The notes under the pieces: generated by a model
The model's input: the letters and a program-made list of their open reading frames with translations, nothing else
The model's database searches: none
Told to the model about the DNA's origin: nothing
Shown here: one piece after another, positions 42,826 to 52,630 of the stretch
Layout of the letters: the number at the start of each line of letters is the position of its first letter
Numbering within the stretch: the first letter of the stretch is position 1
Translations under genes and position numbers: made by a program
From: Candidatus Omnitrophota bacterium
GTDB taxonomy: Bacteria > Omnitrophota > Gorgyraeia > Duberdicusellales > 4484-171
Assembly (NCBI GenBank): GCA_020352775.1
Contig: CP070684.1
Location: 660,469-724,468, forward strand
Reading direction: 5' to 3'
Length of the DNA: 64,000 nt

Positions 42826-43433
42826 GAGTAAAGGTAAATCCCAATCGTATGGAGCTATTGCGGCTAAGGCGCAGAGAAACTCTTGCCCAGAGAGGCCACC
42901 GGCTCCTTCAGGATAAACTAGAGAAATTAATTGCTGAATTTCATAAGTTGACCAAGGAATACAAAAAGATTTCTAAAGAGTGGAAAGAAGCCTTTGGTGA
43001 ATTCTTTGAAAGTTTTGTGATTTTAAAAATACAGACAGAAAAAGATAAATTAAAAGAATTGCTTGATTCTGTTTTACCCTTAGAATTTGAGATAAGTTCC
43101 ATAAGACTCTTGAATTTAAAATTACCACGTTTTTCCATCAAGGAAAAAGAAGAACCTAACTATTCTGCCAAGACCACTCCTTGCCAGTGGGATAAGATTA
43201 AGGAGAAAAGGAGAGAGGTTGTAAGGCTTCTATTTGAAGTTACACAAGTTTATCTAGCTTTAAAGTCAGTGGGCGAAGAGATTCTAAAGACCAGAAGAAG
43301 AGTAAATGCCCTGGAGCATATTCTTATGCCTCAAATTGTAGCATCGATAAGGTTTATCGATGATAAGCTTACAGAGTTGGAGCGGGAATTCTTAACAAGA
43401 TTGTTACGAATCAAGGATTTGATTAGAGACTAA
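42822..43433 (+). CDS. atpD: A/V-type ATPase subunit D
   Basis: [27 protein letters not shown] is a typical D-subunit N-terminus. Confidence 0.85.
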   Translation: MRVKVNPNRMELLRLRRRETLAQRGHRLLQDKLEKLIAEFHKLTKEYKKISKEWKEAFGEFFESFVILKIQTEKDKLKELLDSVLPLEFEISSIRLLNLKLPRFSIKEKEEPNYSAKTTPCQWDKIKEKRREVVRLLFEVTQVYLALKSVGEEILKTRRRVNALEHILMPQIVASIRFIDDKLTELEREFLTRLLRIKDLIRD

Positions 43434-43462
43434 GTGTCAGATATAATTATAGAACAAATTGC

Positions 43463-43534
43463 GGGCGGTTGGCGCAGTGGAAGCGCACTTGACTTACATT
43501 CAAGGGGTCACAGGTTCAAATCCTGTACCGCCCA
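43463..43534 (+). tRNA. tRNA-Val(TAC)
   Basis: Acceptor GGGCGGT/ACCGCCC, anticodon stem CTTGA/TCAAG with loop CTTACAT, T-arm ACAGGTTCAAATCCTGT. Confidence 0.9.
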
Positions 43535-43564
43535 TGGTTTTATAAAGGTAAGAAGTTAGTAGAA

Positions 43565-45298
43565 ATGGATTTAGAAACCTTAAGACATTCTTGTGCGCAT
43601 GTTATGGCAGCAGCGGTGAAGAGGCTCTATCCTGATGCCAAGCTGGGCATAGGGCCGGCGATTGAGAATGGCTTTTACTATGATTTTGATATACCCGAAG
43701 GGATAAAAGAAGAAGACCTAATAAAAATTGAAGGGTTGATGTGGAAGTGCATCAAAGAAAATCACCCATTTGTTAAGGAAGAAATGGATGTGCATGAGGC
43801 AATGCAGTTTTTCAGACAACAGGGCGAGCCTTTTAAGGTAGAGCTCATCGACGAGCTAGAAAAGCAGGGCGAGACCAAAGTATCTGTCTATAGGAATGGT
43901 GATTTTGCTGATCTATGTAAGGGGCCACATGTTAAATCTTGCGGTGAAGTAAAGTATTTTAAATTACTTTCAACCTCTGGTGCCTATTGGAAAGGAGATG
44001 AAAATAATCCTCAATTTGTGCGTATTTATGGAACAGCGTTTTTCTCTCAGGAAGAACTCGATACTTATCTAAAGAATTTAGAGGAAGCCAAAAAAAGAGA
44101 TCACCGCCTCCTGGGCAGAGAATTGGGGTTATTTGATATCTACCACAATCAAGCCGGTGCAGGTCTAGTTTTTTATTTGCCCCAGGGTGCAATTTTACGA
44201 AAGATTATTGAAGATTGGGAAATTAAAGAACATCTTAGGCGCGGATATCAGATGGTGATGACTCCGCATATTATGGATAAAAAGCTCTGGGAGAAGAGCG
44301 GGCATTTGGAATTTTATGAGGAGTTTATTTATCCAGTAACCAGAGATAATCAGGAATTTATTTTAAGACCCATGAATTGTCCGGGCCACATCCTTATTTA
44401 TAAATCGCAAGTAAGAAGCTGGCGCGATTTACCTCTTAGAATATTTGAATTAGGAACTGTGTATCGCCATGAGAAAAGCGGGGTCTTACATGGGTTGCCG
44501 CGGGTAAGAGGTTTTACCCAGGATGATGCGCATATTTTTTGTAAGAAGGAAGACCTATATTCTGAAATCGAGGGGGTTTTAGATTTCGTAAAAGATGCCA
44601 TGGAGGTTTTTGGATTTGATGAGTTTGATGCTGCCTTAAGTACAAGGCCTGAAAAATTCATCGGCGAGAAAAAAGATTGGGATTTATCAGAGAAGGCTTT
44701 AGAGGAAGTACTTACGAAAAAGCAAATTAACTATAAAGTAAATGAGGGCGAGGGGGCGTTTTACGGACCCAAGATCGATATCAAATTAAAAGATGCTTTG
44801 GGCCGGCAGTGGCAGTGCGCAACTATTCAGCTTGATTACAACATCCCGCAGCGTTTTGACGTTACTTATCGAGCCTCAAGCGGTAAAGAAGTGCGCGCCG
44901 TAATGATTCACAGGGTTATCTTGGGCAGCCTAGAAAGGTTTATTGCTACCCTCCTTGAACATTATGGGGGAAGATTTCCGCTCTGGCTTTCTCCTACTCA
45001 GGTTAGTGTGTTACCCATTACCGGCCAGGTGCAAGAGTATGCCTGCGAGATAAAAAAGATTCTTGAGGCCGAGGGCTTTAGGGTGGATGTTGACCTTAGA
45101 GAAGAGACTTTGCAGAAAAAGATCAGAGACAAAGAGCTTTTTAAAATTCCCTATATGGTGATTGTGGGCAAGAAAGAAGAGAAAGAGTGTATGGTTTCTT
45201 TGCGTAAACGTGGCATGAAAAACTTAGGAACAATGCCCACCGAGGAGCTTATCGTCTTATTAAAAAAAGAATTGACACAGAGAGCAAGCTCGGATTAA
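43565..45298 (+). CDS. thrS: threonine--tRNA ligase (no N-terminal TGS domain)
   Basis: Begins at LRHSCAHVMAAAVKRLYP...GFYYDFD (the editing domain). Class II core RPMNCPGH, FTQDDAHIF. 577 aa. Confidence 0.9.
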   Translation: MDLETLRHSCAHVMAAAVKRLYPDAKLGIGPAIENGFYYDFDIPEGIKEEDLIKIEGLMWKCIKENHPFVKEEMDVHEAMQFFRQQGEPFKVELIDELEKQGETKVSVYRNGDFADLCKGPHVKSCGEVKYFKLLSTSGAYWKGDENNPQFVRIYGTAFFSQEELDTYLKNLEEAKKRDHRLLGRELGLFDIYHNQAGAGLVFYLPQGAILRKIIEDWEIKEHLRRGYQMVMTPHIMDKKLWEKSGHLEFYEEFIYPVTRDNQEFILRPMNCPGHILIYKSQVRSWRDLPLRIFELGTVYRHEKSGVLHGLPRVRGFTQDDAHIFCKKEDLYSEIEGVLDFVKDAMEVFGFDEFDAALSTRPEKFIGEKKDWDLSEKALEEVLTKKQINYKVNEGEGAFYGPKIDIKLKDALGRQWQCATIQLDYNIPQRFDVTYRASSGKEVRAVMIHRVILGSLERFIATLLEHYGGRFPLWLSPTQVSVLPITGQVQEYACEIKKILEAEGFRVDVDLREETLQKKIRDKELFKIPYMVIVGKKEEKECMVSLRKRGMKNLGTMPTEELIVLLKKELTQRASSD

Positions 45299-45365
45299 AT
45301 ATAGCAAAGCAATTACAGAGGCCAAAAGGCTGTAAGAGCAGTATATATAAAAGGAGGTCAACTAG

Positions 45366-45869
45366 GTGAAGTATGTTAGGGTGAACGAAAGGATTTTTGC
45401 CAAGACTTTACGACTCATTGGACCTGAGGGAGAACAGCTGGGTGTTTTTCCACGCGATATGGCTTTAAAGAAGGCCTATGAGTCTGACTATGATTTGGTA
45501 GAGGTGGCTCCTAATGCTGATCCGCCGGTCTGTCGCATAATGGATTTTTCCAAATATAAATACGAGCAGGAGAAACGAGAACGGGAGGCAAAGAAACATC
45601 AAAAGCAGTCGCAACTTAAAGAGGTACGCATCAGTCCCCGCATAGATAAACATGATTATGAGGTTAAACTTAAACATATTAAAGAGTTCTTGGGCAAAAA
45701 ACATAAAGTAAGAGTGAGAATGCGCTTTAGGGGCAGAGAGGTTGCTCATAAGGAGATTGGTAAGCGCGTGATCGATAAATTGGTGCAGGATGTAGAGGCA
45801 ACAGGAAAAGTAGATCGAGAGCCGCACATGTTGGGCATGACTTTAATGATGGTGCTGGGGCCCAAATAA
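45366..45869 (+). CDS. infC: translation initiation factor IF-3
   Basis: GTG start with AAGGAGG 8 nt upstream. DYDLVEVAPNADPPVCRIMDFSKYKYE. Confidence 0.9.
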   Translation: MKYVRVNERIFAKTLRLIGPEGEQLGVFPRDMALKKAYESDYDLVEVAPNADPPVCRIMDFSKYKYEQEKREREAKKHQKQSQLKEVRISPRIDKHDYEVKLKHIKEFLGKKHKVRVRMRFRGREVAHKEIGKRVIDKLVQDVEATGKVDREPHMLGMTLMMVLGPK

Positions 45870-45882
45870 GAAGGGAGTATCT

Positions 45883-46083
45883 ATGGGGAAGTTAAAAACA
45901 AAAAAAGCAATCACCAAAAGAGTAAAGGTAAGCAAAAAAGGAAAAGTATTGCGTTCCAAGGCTGGGCGTAGGCACCTTTTAAGCGGAAAAACTACTAAAA
46001 GAAAAAGAACCTTAAGAAGAAAAGGATTGGTGTCGTCAGCACAGAGTAAACTAATGAAAAGATCGCTTCCATATTTAGGGTGA
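45883..46083 (+). CDS. rpmI: 50S ribosomal protein L35
   Basis: MGKLKTKKAITKRVKVSKKGKV...RRHLL. Confidence 0.9.
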   Translation: MGKLKTKKAITKRVKVSKKGKVLRSKAGRRHLLSGKTTKRKRTLRRKGLVSSAQSKLMKRSLPYLG

Positions 46084-46098
46084 AGAAAGGAGTTTTAG

Positions 46099-46443
46099 AT
46101 GAAGGTAAAACACGCAGTAGCATCACGCAAACGAAAGAAAAAGGTACTAAAGGCAGCTAAGGGGTATTGGGGGCAGCGCTCTAATATATATCGGCGCGCC
46201 CAAGAAACTACCCGGCGTGCTGGAGTTTATGCTTATCGGGACAGACGCACCAAAAAGAGAGAGTTTCGTTCTCTCTGGATTAACAGGATAAACGCTGCGG
46301 CCAGAGAAAGAGGCATCTCTTATCGAGAGTTTATTCATGGATTAAAAGAAAATAAAATACTTCTGTCGCGGGATATTTTAGCGGTAATTGCTGCCCAATA
46401 CCCTGAAGTATTTGATAAAATAGTAACTACCATTAAGAAATGA
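46099..46443 (+). CDS. rplT: 50S ribosomal protein L20
   Basis: [15 protein letters not shown]...[21 protein letters not shown]. Confidence 0.95.
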   Translation: MKVKHAVASRKRKKKVLKAAKGYWGQRSNIYRRAQETTRRAGVYAYRDRRTKKREFRSLWINRINAAARERGISYREFIHGLKENKILLSRDILAVIAAQYPEVFDKIVTTIKK

Positions 46444-46835
46444 GATATATTTTAGTTGTTGGCTGTGGTAAAGCAGGAAAAGAGCTGGCGTTAGAGTTCG
46501 CCCGCACTGAAAACGTAGTGATGGTGGATAAAGACCTAAAGGCTTTGGATACTCTAGGGGATGACTTTAACGGTAAAAAGATTTGGGGCGATGTGCTTGA
46601 TGTAAATGTTCTGGAAAATGCTGGCATAAAAGATGCTGACGCTCTGTTTCTACTTACCGGCAACGATAACCTCAATTTAGTGGTAGGTAAAGTCGCCAAA
46701 AGAAAATACGGGGTTGAAAAAATAGTGTTACAGGTTAACGATATCGTGAAGAAAAGAATCTTTAGGGAAGAAGGCCTCACCATTGTTAACCGCACGTATC
46801 TGATTGTAGAGGTGCTTAAAAAATGTATATCATAA
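46440..46835 (+). CDS. TrkA-N (RCK N-terminal, NAD-binding) domain protein
   Basis: [14 protein letters not shown] Rossmann motif. 131 aa with no RCK_C domain. Confidence 0.75.
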   Translation: MRYILVVGCGKAGKELALEFARTENVVMVDKDLKALDTLGDDFNGKKIWGDVLDVNVLENAGIKDADALFLLTGNDNLNLVVGKVAKRKYGVEKIVLQVNDIVKKRIFREEGLTIVNRTYLIVEVLKKCIS

Positions 46836-47488
46836 TTGCCGGTGCCGGTCGCCTAGGATTATTGTTGGCAAAAAAGCTAAAAGAGGATAAGCATCAGGTC
46901 TGTGTTGTCGAAAAGAGCGAAGGCTTGTGCAATAAACTGGCGCGAGAACTAAACGGCGTCTTAGTCATTTCCGGAGATGCCACTTACCCTGATATTTTAA
47001 GAGAGGCTAAAATAGAGAAAGCTGAGGTGTTAGTTAGCGCGACCTCTAGTGACGAGGATAATGTCATTATTTGTAACCTCGCCAAAGAAGTATTTGGAGT
47101 GCGCCGCACCGTAGCCAGAGTAAATGACCCTAAACATCTACCTCTTTATAAATATATGGAGGTTGACAATCCCATTGACTCTACCTCTATTATCGCACGC
47201 ATTGTAGAGGAAGAAGCATCTTTTACTGATGTGATGAGTCTTTTAAGTATAAAGAAGGGCAGGCTCTCTATTGTGCGGGTAGATATTCCAGAAGATTCTC
47301 CGGTTGCAAACAAAGCCGTAAAAAATCTATCATTACCTGCCAATTCAGTTCTTGTTTCGATATTAAGAGGCCCCGACATCATCATCCCTTCGGGAGATAC
47401 AGTTATTTTATCTGGCGATGAGGTGATTGCTGCCACCCTCATTGATGTGGAGAAAGAGCTGGTTAAGTCACTTATCGGAAAGATATAA
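46823..47488 (+). CDS. trkA: Trk/Ktr potassium uptake regulatory subunit (RCK_N + RCK_C)
   Basis: [17 protein letters not shown]. The C-terminal half is TrkA-C like (VRVDIPEDSPVANKAVKNL). Confidence 0.8.
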   Translation: MYIIIAGAGRLGLLLAKKLKEDKHQVCVVEKSEGLCNKLARELNGVLVISGDATYPDILREAKIEKAEVLVSATSSDEDNVIICNLAKEVFGVRRTVARVNDPKHLPLYKYMEVDNPIDSTSIIARIVEEEASFTDVMSLLSIKKGRLSIVRVDIPEDSPVANKAVKNLSLPANSVLVSILRGPDIIIPSGDTVILSGDEVIAATLIDVEKELVKSLIGKI

Positions 47489-47600
47489 CTTAGATTTAGT
47501 GATGCGAATAATCGCGGGAATAATTTTAGAAGTTAGTTTTTGCCTTTTTGTTATCGGGGTGGGGCTTCTTCTTGCCTTCCTCTTTTAATTTTTAACAAGA

Positions 47601-49085
47601 ATGATTATTTCTCCGGACCGCAAAGATTTCTCTACCATCTTTAATATTTTAGGAAGACTCATCCTGGGTCTAAGCGCCTTTATGCTTATCCCTTTAGCAG
47701 TAGCATTCCTGCGTAAAGAAGTATCTCCCTTTTTTGATTTTATTATTTCCTTCTTGCTCACCACCTCTTTGGGATTTTTGCTTTTAGTGCTTTTTCCCAT
47801 AAAAAAAGAGGTGAGCTGGATTCACGCTTTTTTTAGTGTAAGCTTAGGATGGCTTATTTTTTCTTTGCTGGGAGCAATACCGCTTTGGTTCTCAAAACAC
47901 TTTGGTTGTTTTCTTGATGCCTGGTTTGAGGCCATGAGCGGGTTTGCCACCACCGGCCTTATTCTTATTCAGGACCTTGATCATCTTTCTTTTGCCCATA
48001 ATACTTGGCGCCATCTGACGATGTTTATCGGGGGCCAGGGAATAATCCTAGCAAGCCTTTCAGTATTGACTATGGCGCGGCCGGTAGCAGTAGGATTTTA
48101 TATTGGCGAGGCGCGCCAAGAAAAGATTATGCCCAATGTTATTGCCACCGCGCGCTTTATCTGGAAGGTAAGTTTTGTTTATTTACTTTTAGGAGTAGGA
48201 ATATTCAGTGCAATTCTTATTCAGCGGGGGCTTTCAATCGAGAAAGCTTTCTTTCATGCCTTTTGGCTTTTCTGTGCCGCTTTTGATACTGGAGGGTTTG
48301 CTCCTCAAGCACAGAACATCGCTTATTATCATTCGGGGGCGTTTGAGGCTGCTACCATGGTATTTATGTTTTTGGGCGCAATTAATTTTAATCTTCATTT
48401 CTGGGTATGGATGAAGAGGAAACGCGAGCTTTTTGAAAACTTTGAGATCCACACCTTTTTATTTACTTTGTTTTCTTTAAGCATCTTAACTTATTTTTCC
48501 CTCAAAGGACTAAGTAACCTCACTATTTTTAGAAGGGGGTTTTATCAGCTCGTCTCTGCCCATACTGGTTGTGGCTTCGCTAATATGACAAGCTTAGATT
48601 TACGCAATTCTCCTCCAGTGATGATTCTTTCTGTAATCTTTGCGATGATGATTGGAGGAGGAGTTTGTTCTACCACCGGAGCAATAAAGCTGATGCGGGT
48701 TGGGATTATTTTTAAAACCCTAATTATGGAGATAAAAAGATGGATGATGCCTTTTAGGGCGGTGTTTAGAGACCGCTTTCATCATCTGCAAGATTTAATA
48801 CTTTCTGATAAGAGGATAAAAGAAGCTTATGTTTTTGCTGCTATTTTTCTTTTAACTTATGTGTTGGGAGCAGTGATCGGAATGGTGCTGGGTTATCCTC
48901 CACTTTTGGCGCTTTTTGAATCGGTTTCGGCAACGGCCAATGTAGGTCTTTCAGTGGGAATAACCAATCCTGCGATGCCTAATACTTTGAAGGTGATATA
49001 TATTTTACAGATGTGGTGCGGCAGGTTAGAGTTTCTTTCTGTTTTTGTTTCTTTAGGGTTTATTATTTCTTTGTTTAAAAGATGA
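47601..49085 (+). CDS. trkH: TrkH/KtrB-family potassium transporter
   Basis: 494 aa, polytopic. Selectivity-filter-like segments SGFATTGL, FDTGGF, TGCGF and ATANVGLS. Confidence 0.85.
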   Translation: MIISPDRKDFSTIFNILGRLILGLSAFMLIPLAVAFLRKEVSPFFDFIISFLLTTSLGFLLLVLFPIKKEVSWIHAFFSVSLGWLIFSLLGAIPLWFSKHFGCFLDAWFEAMSGFATTGLILIQDLDHLSFAHNTWRHLTMFIGGQGIILASLSVLTMARPVAVGFYIGEARQEKIMPNVIATARFIWKVSFVYLLLGVGIFSAILIQRGLSIEKAFFHAFWLFCAAFDTGGFAPQAQNIAYYHSGAFEAATMVFMFLGAINFNLHFWVWMKRKRELFENFEIHTFLFTLFSLSILTYFSLKGLSNLTIFRRGFYQLVSAHTGCGFANMTSLDLRNSPPVMILSVIFAMMIGGGVCSTTGAIKLMRVGIIFKTLIMEIKRWMMPFRAVFRDRFHHLQDLILSDKRIKEAYVFAAIFLLTYVLGAVIGMVLGYPPLLALFESVSATANVGLSVGITNPAMPNTLKVIYILQMWCGRLEFLSVFVSLGFIISLFKR

Positions 49086-49591
49086 AAATAGTAAGGATTA
49101 AGTTAATTTCTTTAGTAATTTTTCTTATTGCTTTCAATTTAGGGGGGGCTTTCGGCCTCTATGCCGAAACCATCCCACTTAAAAAAATAGTGGAGGATCC
49201 GGATGATTTTGAATCCAAACTTGTTGAGGTAGAAGGTGAGGTAATCGGAGAGCCACTTTATGCTAAGGAAGGGGCGTGGGTTAATATCTTATCCAAAGGG
49301 TATCACGCTGGAATTGTTGTGCCGCGAATTTATTTGGATAAGATTAAACACTGGGGTGGTTACCGGGAAAGCGGAGACATTGCTAAAGTGCGGGGAAAAT
49401 TCTATAAAGAATGTCCTCTTCATCATGAGATGCATATTCATGCCCACACCCTTGAGATTATTGCTTTAGGAGCGCCAAAGTCAGATGTGGTATTGCCTTT
49501 CAAGGTACAAATGGCCGTTAGTTTATTTATAATCTGTTTGATAATAGGATTGGTTTATTTTATAAAAAGTCGGCATGGAACACGAAGTTAA
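49082..49591 (+). CDS. hypothetical bitopic membrane protein with His-rich motif
   Basis: N-terminal and C-terminal hydrophobic helices. CPLHHEMHIHAH cluster. Its start overlaps the trkH stop (ATGA). Confidence 0.45.
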   Translation: MKIVRIKLISLVIFLIAFNLGGAFGLYAETIPLKKIVEDPDDFESKLVEVEGEVIGEPLYAKEGAWVNILSKGYHAGIVVPRIYLDKIKHWGGYRESGDIAKVRGKFYKECPLHHEMHIHAHTLEIIALGAPKSDVVLPFKVQMAVSLFIICLIIGLVYFIKSRHGTRS

Positions 49592-50618
49592 AAGGTTAGA
49601 AGAAGATTTACAGAAAGATATTGAAAAGGCCTCTGATGCTTCTGATATTGAGGCTTTGAGAATAAAGTATCTGGGGCGAAAGTCACCCTTAGCTGAGCTT
49701 TTCTCTCAAATCCCTTCTCTAAGTACTGAGGAAAAGAAAATCTGGGGTAAGAACCTTAATATCCTCAAACAAAAAATCACTACCCTTATTGATGAAAAGC
49801 TAAGTGGCTTTGAAGGGAAAGAAGAGGAAATTGATTTAACATTTCCTTCTCGTCCTGTTGAGCGTGGATCGCGCCACGTTATAAGTGTGGTATTACAAAA
49901 AATTTGTGATATCTTTGCGCATCTGGGATTTGTAGTGATTGAAGGTCCAGAAATTGAGGATGAGTGGCATAACTTTACGGCATTAAATTTTCCTTCAGAT
50001 CATCCTTCGCGCGATGCTTTCGACACTTTTTATCTGGATCTTAAGGAAGGTAAAAAAGGAAAACAGCTCCTGCGCTGTCATACCTCACCCTCTCAGATAA
50101 GAGTGATGCAGAAAAATAAACCTCCTTTTGCAGTGATTTCGCCGGGAAGAGTTTATCGACCCGATGAGGTTGATGCAACCCATTCTTTTATGTTTCATCA
50201 GGTTGAAGGCTTCGCAGTAGGCCAAGATAGTAACTTTGCCCACTTAAAAGGGGTACTTTTTTACTTTGCGCGCCAATTCTTCTCACCCGATGTTTCTTTG
50301 CGGTTTAGGCCTCATTTTTTCCCTTTCACTGAGCCATCCGCAGAGGTGGATATTTCCTGTATTATTTGTGGCCAGGGAAAGAATAAAAAGAAGACAACCA
50401 GATGCAGTGTGTGTAAAGGAAAGGGGTGGCTAGAAGTATTAGGTTGCGGCATGATTCATCCTAATGTCTTAGAGGCTTGTGGTATAGATTCAAAGAAATA
50501 TCAAGGGTTTGCTTTTGGAATGGGAATTGAGAGGATGGCGATGTTAAAGTATGGAGTTAGTGATATAAGGCTGTTTTGTGAGAATGACGTTAAATTTTTA
50601 GAGCAATTTAATCTATAA
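49575..50618 (+). CDS. pheS: phenylalanine--tRNA ligase alpha subunit
   Basis: HPSRDAFDTFY, LRCHTSPSQIR, FHQVEGF, GFAFGMGIERMAMLKYG. Confidence 0.95.
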   Translation: MEHEVKRLEEDLQKDIEKASDASDIEALRIKYLGRKSPLAELFSQIPSLSTEEKKIWGKNLNILKQKITTLIDEKLSGFEGKEEEIDLTFPSRPVERGSRHVISVVLQKICDIFAHLGFVVIEGPEIEDEWHNFTALNFPSDHPSRDAFDTFYLDLKEGKKGKQLLRCHTSPSQIRVMQKNKPPFAVISPGRVYRPDEVDATHSFMFHQVEGFAVGQDSNFAHLKGVLFYFARQFFSPDVSLRFRPHFFPFTEPSAEVDISCIICGQGKNKKKTTRCSVCKGKGWLEVLGCGMIHPNVLEACGIDSKKYQGFAFGMGIERMAMLKYGVSDIRLFCENDVKFLEQFNL

Positions 50619-50623
50619 ATATT

Positions 50624-52630
50624 ATGAGGTTTAGTTTAAATTTTGTAAAAGAACTCTTGCCTTTAGATGTATCCGCTCAAGAGCTTGCTTCACGTCTCAC
50701 TATGGCCGGAATGGAGGTAGAGTTTTTAGCCAGGGCAGGTAAAGATTGGGTGTTTGATGTTGAAGTCACTACCAATCGTTATGATTGGCTTTCCGTAGTG
50801 GGTATTACTAGAGAAATCGCAGCATGTTTGCACAAAAAGGCAAATATTAAATACCCCAAGGTAGTTAAAAGACCAATTCTTAAAGAGCGCAAAGTGATTA
50901 TCGAGGACCTAAAAGATTGCCCTTTATATATTGGTCGTCAAATCGAGGATCTAAAGGTTAAAAATTCACCGGCCTGGCTACGGGAGCGCGTTTTTCATTG
51001 CGGGATTGCCACTATCAATAACGTTGTTGACATCACCAACTATTGCATGCTTAAGTGGGGTAACCCTCTTCATGCTTTTGATGCTGATAAGTTAGAGGGT
51101 AATATTTATATTCGCAGAGCAAAAAAAGGAGAAATTTTTATAGGAATCGATGAAAGAGAACGCAAGCTATGTAGAGAGAATCTGGTAATTGCGGATGATA
51201 AGAAAGTAATAGCTCTGGCAGGAGTGATGGGTGCAAAAAATAGCGAGGTTAGCGAAAACACCAAGAACGTATTTTTAGAGGCGGCTATTTTTTCACCTCT
51301 TACCGTAAGACGTTCCCGCCGCGCTGCGGGAATTGATACGGAGTCATCCTATCGTTTTGAGCGCAAAGTTCATCCTGATTATCTAGAATATGCTTCTGTG
51401 GAGAGCTCTCGTCTTATGCAAGAGTTGGGTGGCGGCAGATTCACCGGTTATGCAGAGGCGGGTAAAAAGCCGATCATAAAAAGTAAAAAACTCACGGTTG
51501 ATTTAAAGCGCTTTGCTGACTATCTGGGAGAGGAGATATCATCAACTCAGATAAAAAAGATACTTACCAATCTTGATTTTGAAATCCTAAAATCTCAGAA
51601 AGATAAAATATCTGTGTTGCCTTCACGTTTTCGTTTTGATTTCGAAGATGAGGTTGATGTATATGAGGAGATTGTGCGTATTTATGGTTATGACAGAATC
51701 GCTCCCTGTATTCCGTTTCTTGTACCTCGAGATGAAAGTTCTTTTTCTGTCAGCGAACCAGGATTTCTGTATCGCTTCAAAAATGAGCTGAGGACATTTA
51801 TGGCATCGTTGGGTTTAAGAGAGATTATTACTTATAGCATTGAGGCTGACCAGGAGCTGGCTAATTTGGGTCAGAAGGATTTCATTTTGTTGCTCAATCC
51901 TCTTCGCGCCCAGGAAAACGCAATGCGCACCAGTCTTCTTTTGGGAATGATAAAAAGCATTCGCAATAATTTAAACCGCAACCAAAAAGATTTACGCTTT
52001 TTTGAAATTGCTAACATTTACTCTCACCAGAAAGAATCCTTTATCGAGAAACCAGTGCTTGCTATTGGGCTTAGTGGCCAAGCCAATACCCTCTTTTGCC
52101 TCAAAGGTTTAGTGGAAGAGATTTTCAAATATCTAAACATCGAAGGTATGGATTTACGCCCAGAGCCTCAAGCGCACCTTAGTAATGCATTAGGAATCTA
52201 TATCAATTCTGAGAAGGCGGGACTTCTGGGTAAGCTCGATGAGAAAACAAAGAAAGATTTTGATTTAAAGCAGGATTTACTTTTTGCCCAGCTCCAGGTG
52301 GGGGTATTGAAAGAGAAAAGAAAAGAAATAGCATACCGGTCTTACAGTCTGTATCCGGCAGTATCACGCGATATCAGTATTGCCCTAAGAAGAGATAAGA
52401 AGTTTGCCAAAATCAGGGCTGCAGTAGAAAGAAAAGCCGGTGAGTTTCTGGTTGATATGCGTATTGTGGATGAATATAGAGGTAAGGACATATCTTCAGA
52501 TTACCATGCCTTTACATTGAGGGTTTTCTATCAATCCAAAGACAGAACTCTTACCTCAAGCGAAGTCGATGCTCTCCATACCGGAATAAGAGAAGATTTA
52601 CACACCCAAGAGGGAATAATTTTACGATAA
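50624..52630 (+). CDS. pheT: phenylalanine--tRNA ligase beta subunit (short form, no OB tRNA-binding domain)
   Basis: MRFSLNFVKELL...MAGMEVE runs directly into VEVTTNRYDWLS. B3_4, B5 and the C-terminal FDX-ACB-like region are present. 668 aa. Confidence 0.9.
   Translation: MRFSLNFVKELLPLDVSAQELASRLTMAGMEVEFLARAGKDWVFDVEVTTNRYDWLSVVGITREIAACLHKKANIKYPKVVKRPILKERKVIIEDLKDCPLYIGRQIEDLKVKNSPAWLRERVFHCGIATINNVVDITNYCMLKWGNPLHAFDADKLEGNIYIRRAKKGEIFIGIDERERKLCRENLVIADDKKVIALAGVMGAKNSEVSENTKNVFLEAAIFSPLTVRRSRRAAGIDTESSYRFERKVHPDYLEYASVESSRLMQELGGGRFTGYAEAGKKPIIKSKKLTVDLKRFADYLGEEISSTQIKKILTNLDFEILKSQKDKISVLPSRFRFDFEDEVDVYEEIVRIYGYDRIAPCIPFLVPRDESSFSVSEPGFLYRFKNELRTFMASLGLREIITYSIEADQELANLGQKDFILLLNPLRAQENAMRTSLLLGMIKSIRNNLNRNQKDLRFFEIANIYSHQKESFIEKPVLAIGLSGQANTLFCLKGLVEEIFKYLNIEGMDLRPEPQAHLSNALGIYINSEKAGLLGKLDEKTKKDFDLKQDLLFAQLQVGVLKEKRKEIAYRSYSLYPAVSRDISIALRRDKKFAKIRAAVERKAGEFLVDMRIVDEYRGKDISSDYHAFTLRVFYQSKDRTLTSSEVDALHTGIREDLHTQEGIILR

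Noticed and set aside
46440-47488. The TrkA-N ORF (131 aa) plus the TrkA ORF (221 aa) as a frameshifted single trkA pseudogene.
   Set aside because: Each ORF starts with its own Rossmann GxGxxG motif and its own start codon. The 13-nt overlap is in different frames, as is usual for coupled genes. An N plus N-C arrangement is a plausible two-gene RCK system.
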